A stretch of DNA of 47,476 nucleotides from Bacilli bacterium. GTDB lineage: Bacteria; Bacillota_I; Bacilli_A; RF39; UBA660. How positions within the stretch are numbered: the first letter of the stretch is position 1; every line of letters begins with the position of its first letter. Below the pieces are notes generated by a model. That model did not search any database. It was given only the letters and a program-made list of their open reading frames with translations, and was not told the origin of the DNA. Location of the stretch: assembly GCA_017886705.1 (NCBI GenBank), contig JAGHJJ010000032.1, positions 1 through 47,476 on the forward strand, read 5' to 3'. Made by a program: the position numbers and the translations under genes. This document shows, one piece after another, positions 45,228 through 47,476 of the stretch.

Positions 45228-47297
45228 CTAGGGTTGTGCATAATACATTTCGAAAAACTTATTAGTAACTTCTTTCGTAATATGCAAAGTAACCAAACTA
45301 GCATAATCTCTACTAGAGTTAGGATGAGAAGAATTAGGCGAAGTAACCATAATACTCATCACCGGATTATTAGCAGGAGCATAACCAACAAAAGAAGAAG
45401 TAATAGTCTCTGTATCTATAACACCATTGCCATCAGTATCAACAAAACTTTGCGAAGTACCAGTCTTTCCAGCCGCATCCCAGCGATCATCAATATATCC
45501 ACGTCCATATCCTCCACTAGAATGCATAACAGCATAAAAACCTTCTTTTACTCGAGCCATATATTCAGGCTTCGTATCAATCGTATTTAAAACTTCCCTT
45601 TCTACAGTTAAAATAGTCTTCCCCAAAGAAGCATCTTCAGTCGACTCATGCACTTCTTTTAACAAATGAGGAGCAAGCCTACTACCACCATTCGCAATCG
45701 TTGACACATACTGAGAAAGTTGTAACGGCGTATAAGATTCATACTGTCCCATAACAAAATCAAGTAAATTACCAGAATTAGTATCCTGTTTAGCACCATA
45801 TCCCAATCCTTCAGAAGGTAAATCTATACCAGTCGCAACACCAAGTCCAAAAGAATGATACATATTACGATAAATATCAAAAGCACTCTGATTAAAATTA
45901 AGTTTCATTCCCCTAGAATATTCTTGTCCATTAACTCGAATAGCAGCTTTAAACTGATAAACATTACTACTTTTCGCTAGTGCTGTAATATCGTTAATTC
46001 TTCCCAAATTATTAACAGAAGAACATTTCTCAGGTGCTCCAGCAATCTTAACACACTCATCTAACATATATTCTCCAATTTTTACTGCCCCTGTATTATA
46101 AGCAACAAGCATCGAAGCACCCTTGACAACAGATCCAGGCGTAATAGGTAATAAAAAGATACTAGTAGTATTATCCACCACTTTATCTCCAACTAACTGC
46201 TTAGAAGCCATCGCTAAAATCTCTCCTGTATTAGGATCTTGAATAACAACACTAGAATGATCATAATATTCTGTATTAGGCTCACTCTTAGCTTTCAATA
46301 CTTGCTCTGTTAAAATTCTCTCTACTTCTTGTTGTAGTTTTATATCAATAGATAAGACAATATCATTGCCTCTTTTTCCTTCTTTCACAAGCTTTAATTC
46401 ATGTGAATTAACTACTTGATACTCTGCTTTTTCTCCCTTTAAATACTCTTCATACTCTTTTTCCAAATAACTAAGACCAACTCTATCATTTAAAGCATAA
46501 CCTTTAGCTAAATACTCATCCTTCTCTTCAGCCGGAAGACCTTGAGTAGTCGTAGAAACCGTACCTAAAACACTACGAAAAGTATCTCCGTAAGGATATA
46601 CTCTCTCCCAATCTAAAACTGTATTAAAACCATCAAGTTCACTATTATGTTCCGCAATATAAGCATATTCTTGATCCGTCGCCTCTTCTTTAATTACCTT
46701 CTCATCATAAGTATAACCACGATTCATAAGATAATATAAATAAGCAGCTCTTAAATCCACTTCTGTAAATGTTGCTAACTCTTCTTCTGTAATTCTCTCA
46801 ATCTTAAACTCTTCTAAATCCGTAGTACTAAGTTCTCCTGTTTTCACTTTCTCATTTTCTTTCTGAGTAATCTTTTTCTTACACTCATCAGGATATTTCG
46901 CAAGATAAAATTCTCTTTTAGCCCGATCTGTTAAACTAGAATAAGAAAGTTCCAAATGAGGAGAAACTAAATAAGCAAGTTCTATCATTCTACTAGTACT
47001 AATTTTTTTATCTTTCTTATAAGTAATACTTTTAACTGCTTTATTATCTACAATAATATTATAATTTCTATCATAAATTCTCCCTCTAGGAGAACTAGTA
47101 CCTTCTACTTTAGTATAAGAAAGTTCTTTTAACTCACTCTTATACTCGTCCTTTTTAACTATCATAACAGAATATAATTTAATTCCTACAACACTAAATA
47201 ACAAAAGAAGAACAACCAAAAAAATAAGAAATCGTCTAGATATAATTCGATTATAATTAATTTTCTTTTCTTTCTGATTTAACCGTAATGTACTCAA
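45228..47297 (-). CDS. class B penicillin-binding protein (PBP2/FtsI-type transpeptidase)
   Basis: N-terminal TM anchor. SxxK (GSVVKG), SxN (KSSNVY) and KTG (GKTGTS) motifs are in canonical order. TTG start with a GAGGGA SD. Confidence 0.9.
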   Translation of the reverse strand: MSTLRLNQKEKKINYNRIISRRFLIFLVVLLLLFSVVGIKLYSVMIVKKDEYKSELKELSYTKVEGTSSPRGRIYDRNYNIIVDNKAVKSITYKKDKKISTSRMIELAYLVSPHLELSYSSLTDRAKREFYLAKYPDECKKKITQKENEKVKTGELSTTDLEEFKIERITEEELATFTEVDLRAAYLYYLMNRGYTYDEKVIKEEATDQEYAYIAEHNSELDGFNTVLDWERVYPYGDTFRSVLGTVSTTTQGLPAEEKDEYLAKGYALNDRVGLSYLEKEYEEYLKGEKAEYQVVNSHELKLVKEGKRGNDIVLSIDIKLQQEVERILTEQVLKAKSEPNTEYYDHSSVVIQDPNTGEILAMASKQLVGDKVVDNTTSIFLLPITPGSVVKGASMLVAYNTGAVKIGEYMLDECVKIAGAPEKCSSVNNLGRINDITALAKSSNVYQFKAAIRVNGQEYSRGMKLNFNQSAFDIYRNMYHSFGLGVATGIDLPSEGLGYGAKQDTNSGNLLDFVMGQYESYTPLQLSQYVSTIANGGSRLAPHLLKEVHESTEDASLGKTILTVEREVLNTIDTKPEYMARVKEGFYAVMHSSGGYGRGYIDDRWDAAGKTGTSQSFVDTDGNGVIDTETITSSFVGYAPANNPVMSIMVTSPNSSHPNSSRDYASLVTLHITKEVTNKFFEMYYAQP

Positions 47298-47374
47298 AAT
47301 CTATCCCTCTTTTCTTAATAATTATTCTATCACATTTTTTTAAAGTTATATCATATATTTTAATGAGGTGAAAT

Positions 47375-47476
47375 ATGTATAAAGAATTAATAAAAAGTTA
47401 TATACCAAAATTAACACCTAAACTAATAAAAGAATATGGAAAAAAATTAAATATCTCTCTAACAGACTCCGAAACA
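47375..47476 (+). CDS. hypothetical protein, 5' fragment (runs off the window)
   Basis: ATG follows a GAGGTG SD. The frame is open for 34 codons to the window edge (MYKELIKSYIPKLTPKLIKEYGKKLNISLTDSET). Confidence 0.4.
   Translation, partial: MYKELIKSYIPKLTPKLIKEYGKKLNISLTDSET

Noticed and set aside
45234-45590. 118-aa plus-strand ORF, plus similar shadow ORFs at 5448..5708, 17498..17752, 23074..23283, 24142..24381, 25582..25782, 27178..27414, 36241..36435, 36486..36731 and 40835..41080
   Set aside because: All are embedded antisense or out of frame in motif-supported genes. Their I/N/R/S-rich products are typical of AT-rich antisense frames.
1-47476. CRISPR arrays, IS elements/transposases, integrases, prophage genes, rRNA, riboswitch/T-box leaders
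   Set aside because: I found no spaced direct-repeat arrays, no terminal inverted repeats around transposase-like ORFs and no recombinase motifs. Apart from 3678-4039, intergenic regions are too short (mostly under 120 nt) for large structured leaders.

Overview
This is an AT-rich, low-GC Bacillota-type chromosomal segment. I count about 50 credible genes, and all but six are on the minus strand. I found no rRNA, CRISPR array, IS element or prophage. Most of the window is housekeeping: an elongator-type tRNA-Met(CAT), lepA, hemW, ftsK, deoD, rdgB, efp, rpmG (absent from the ORF track), a class B PBP, a LysM-GH25 muramidase, an M16 peptidase pair, a YlbL-like Lon/PDZ protease next to a YlbJ-like membrane protein, two FAD flavoproteins, a Nudix hydrolase, an SDR and a PaaI thioesterase. 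Accessory content includes an OmpR-type two-component system with a long repeat-bearing upstream region. It also includes two prepilin-type pseudopilins divergent from an orphan PilB/GspE-like ATPase that carries a roughly 245-aa low-complexity tail. There is also a surface NlpC/P60-DUF11 protein, an XRE-TM/DUF4097/DUF3592 envelope cluster and a cytoplasmic HExxH protein. The best candidate for an undescribed system is the tightly coupled minus-strand operon at 41182->37527, which has a divergent LysR regulator. It encodes a His/Asp-motif protein, a PnuC-family permease, a radical-SAM domain fused to a nucleoside-2-deoxyribosyltransferase/TIR-like domain, and a CYTH domain fused to a Tmk-like P-loop kinase. 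rdgB and a metallophosphoesterase follow directly. All family calls come from motifs I recognised by eye. No database search was run.
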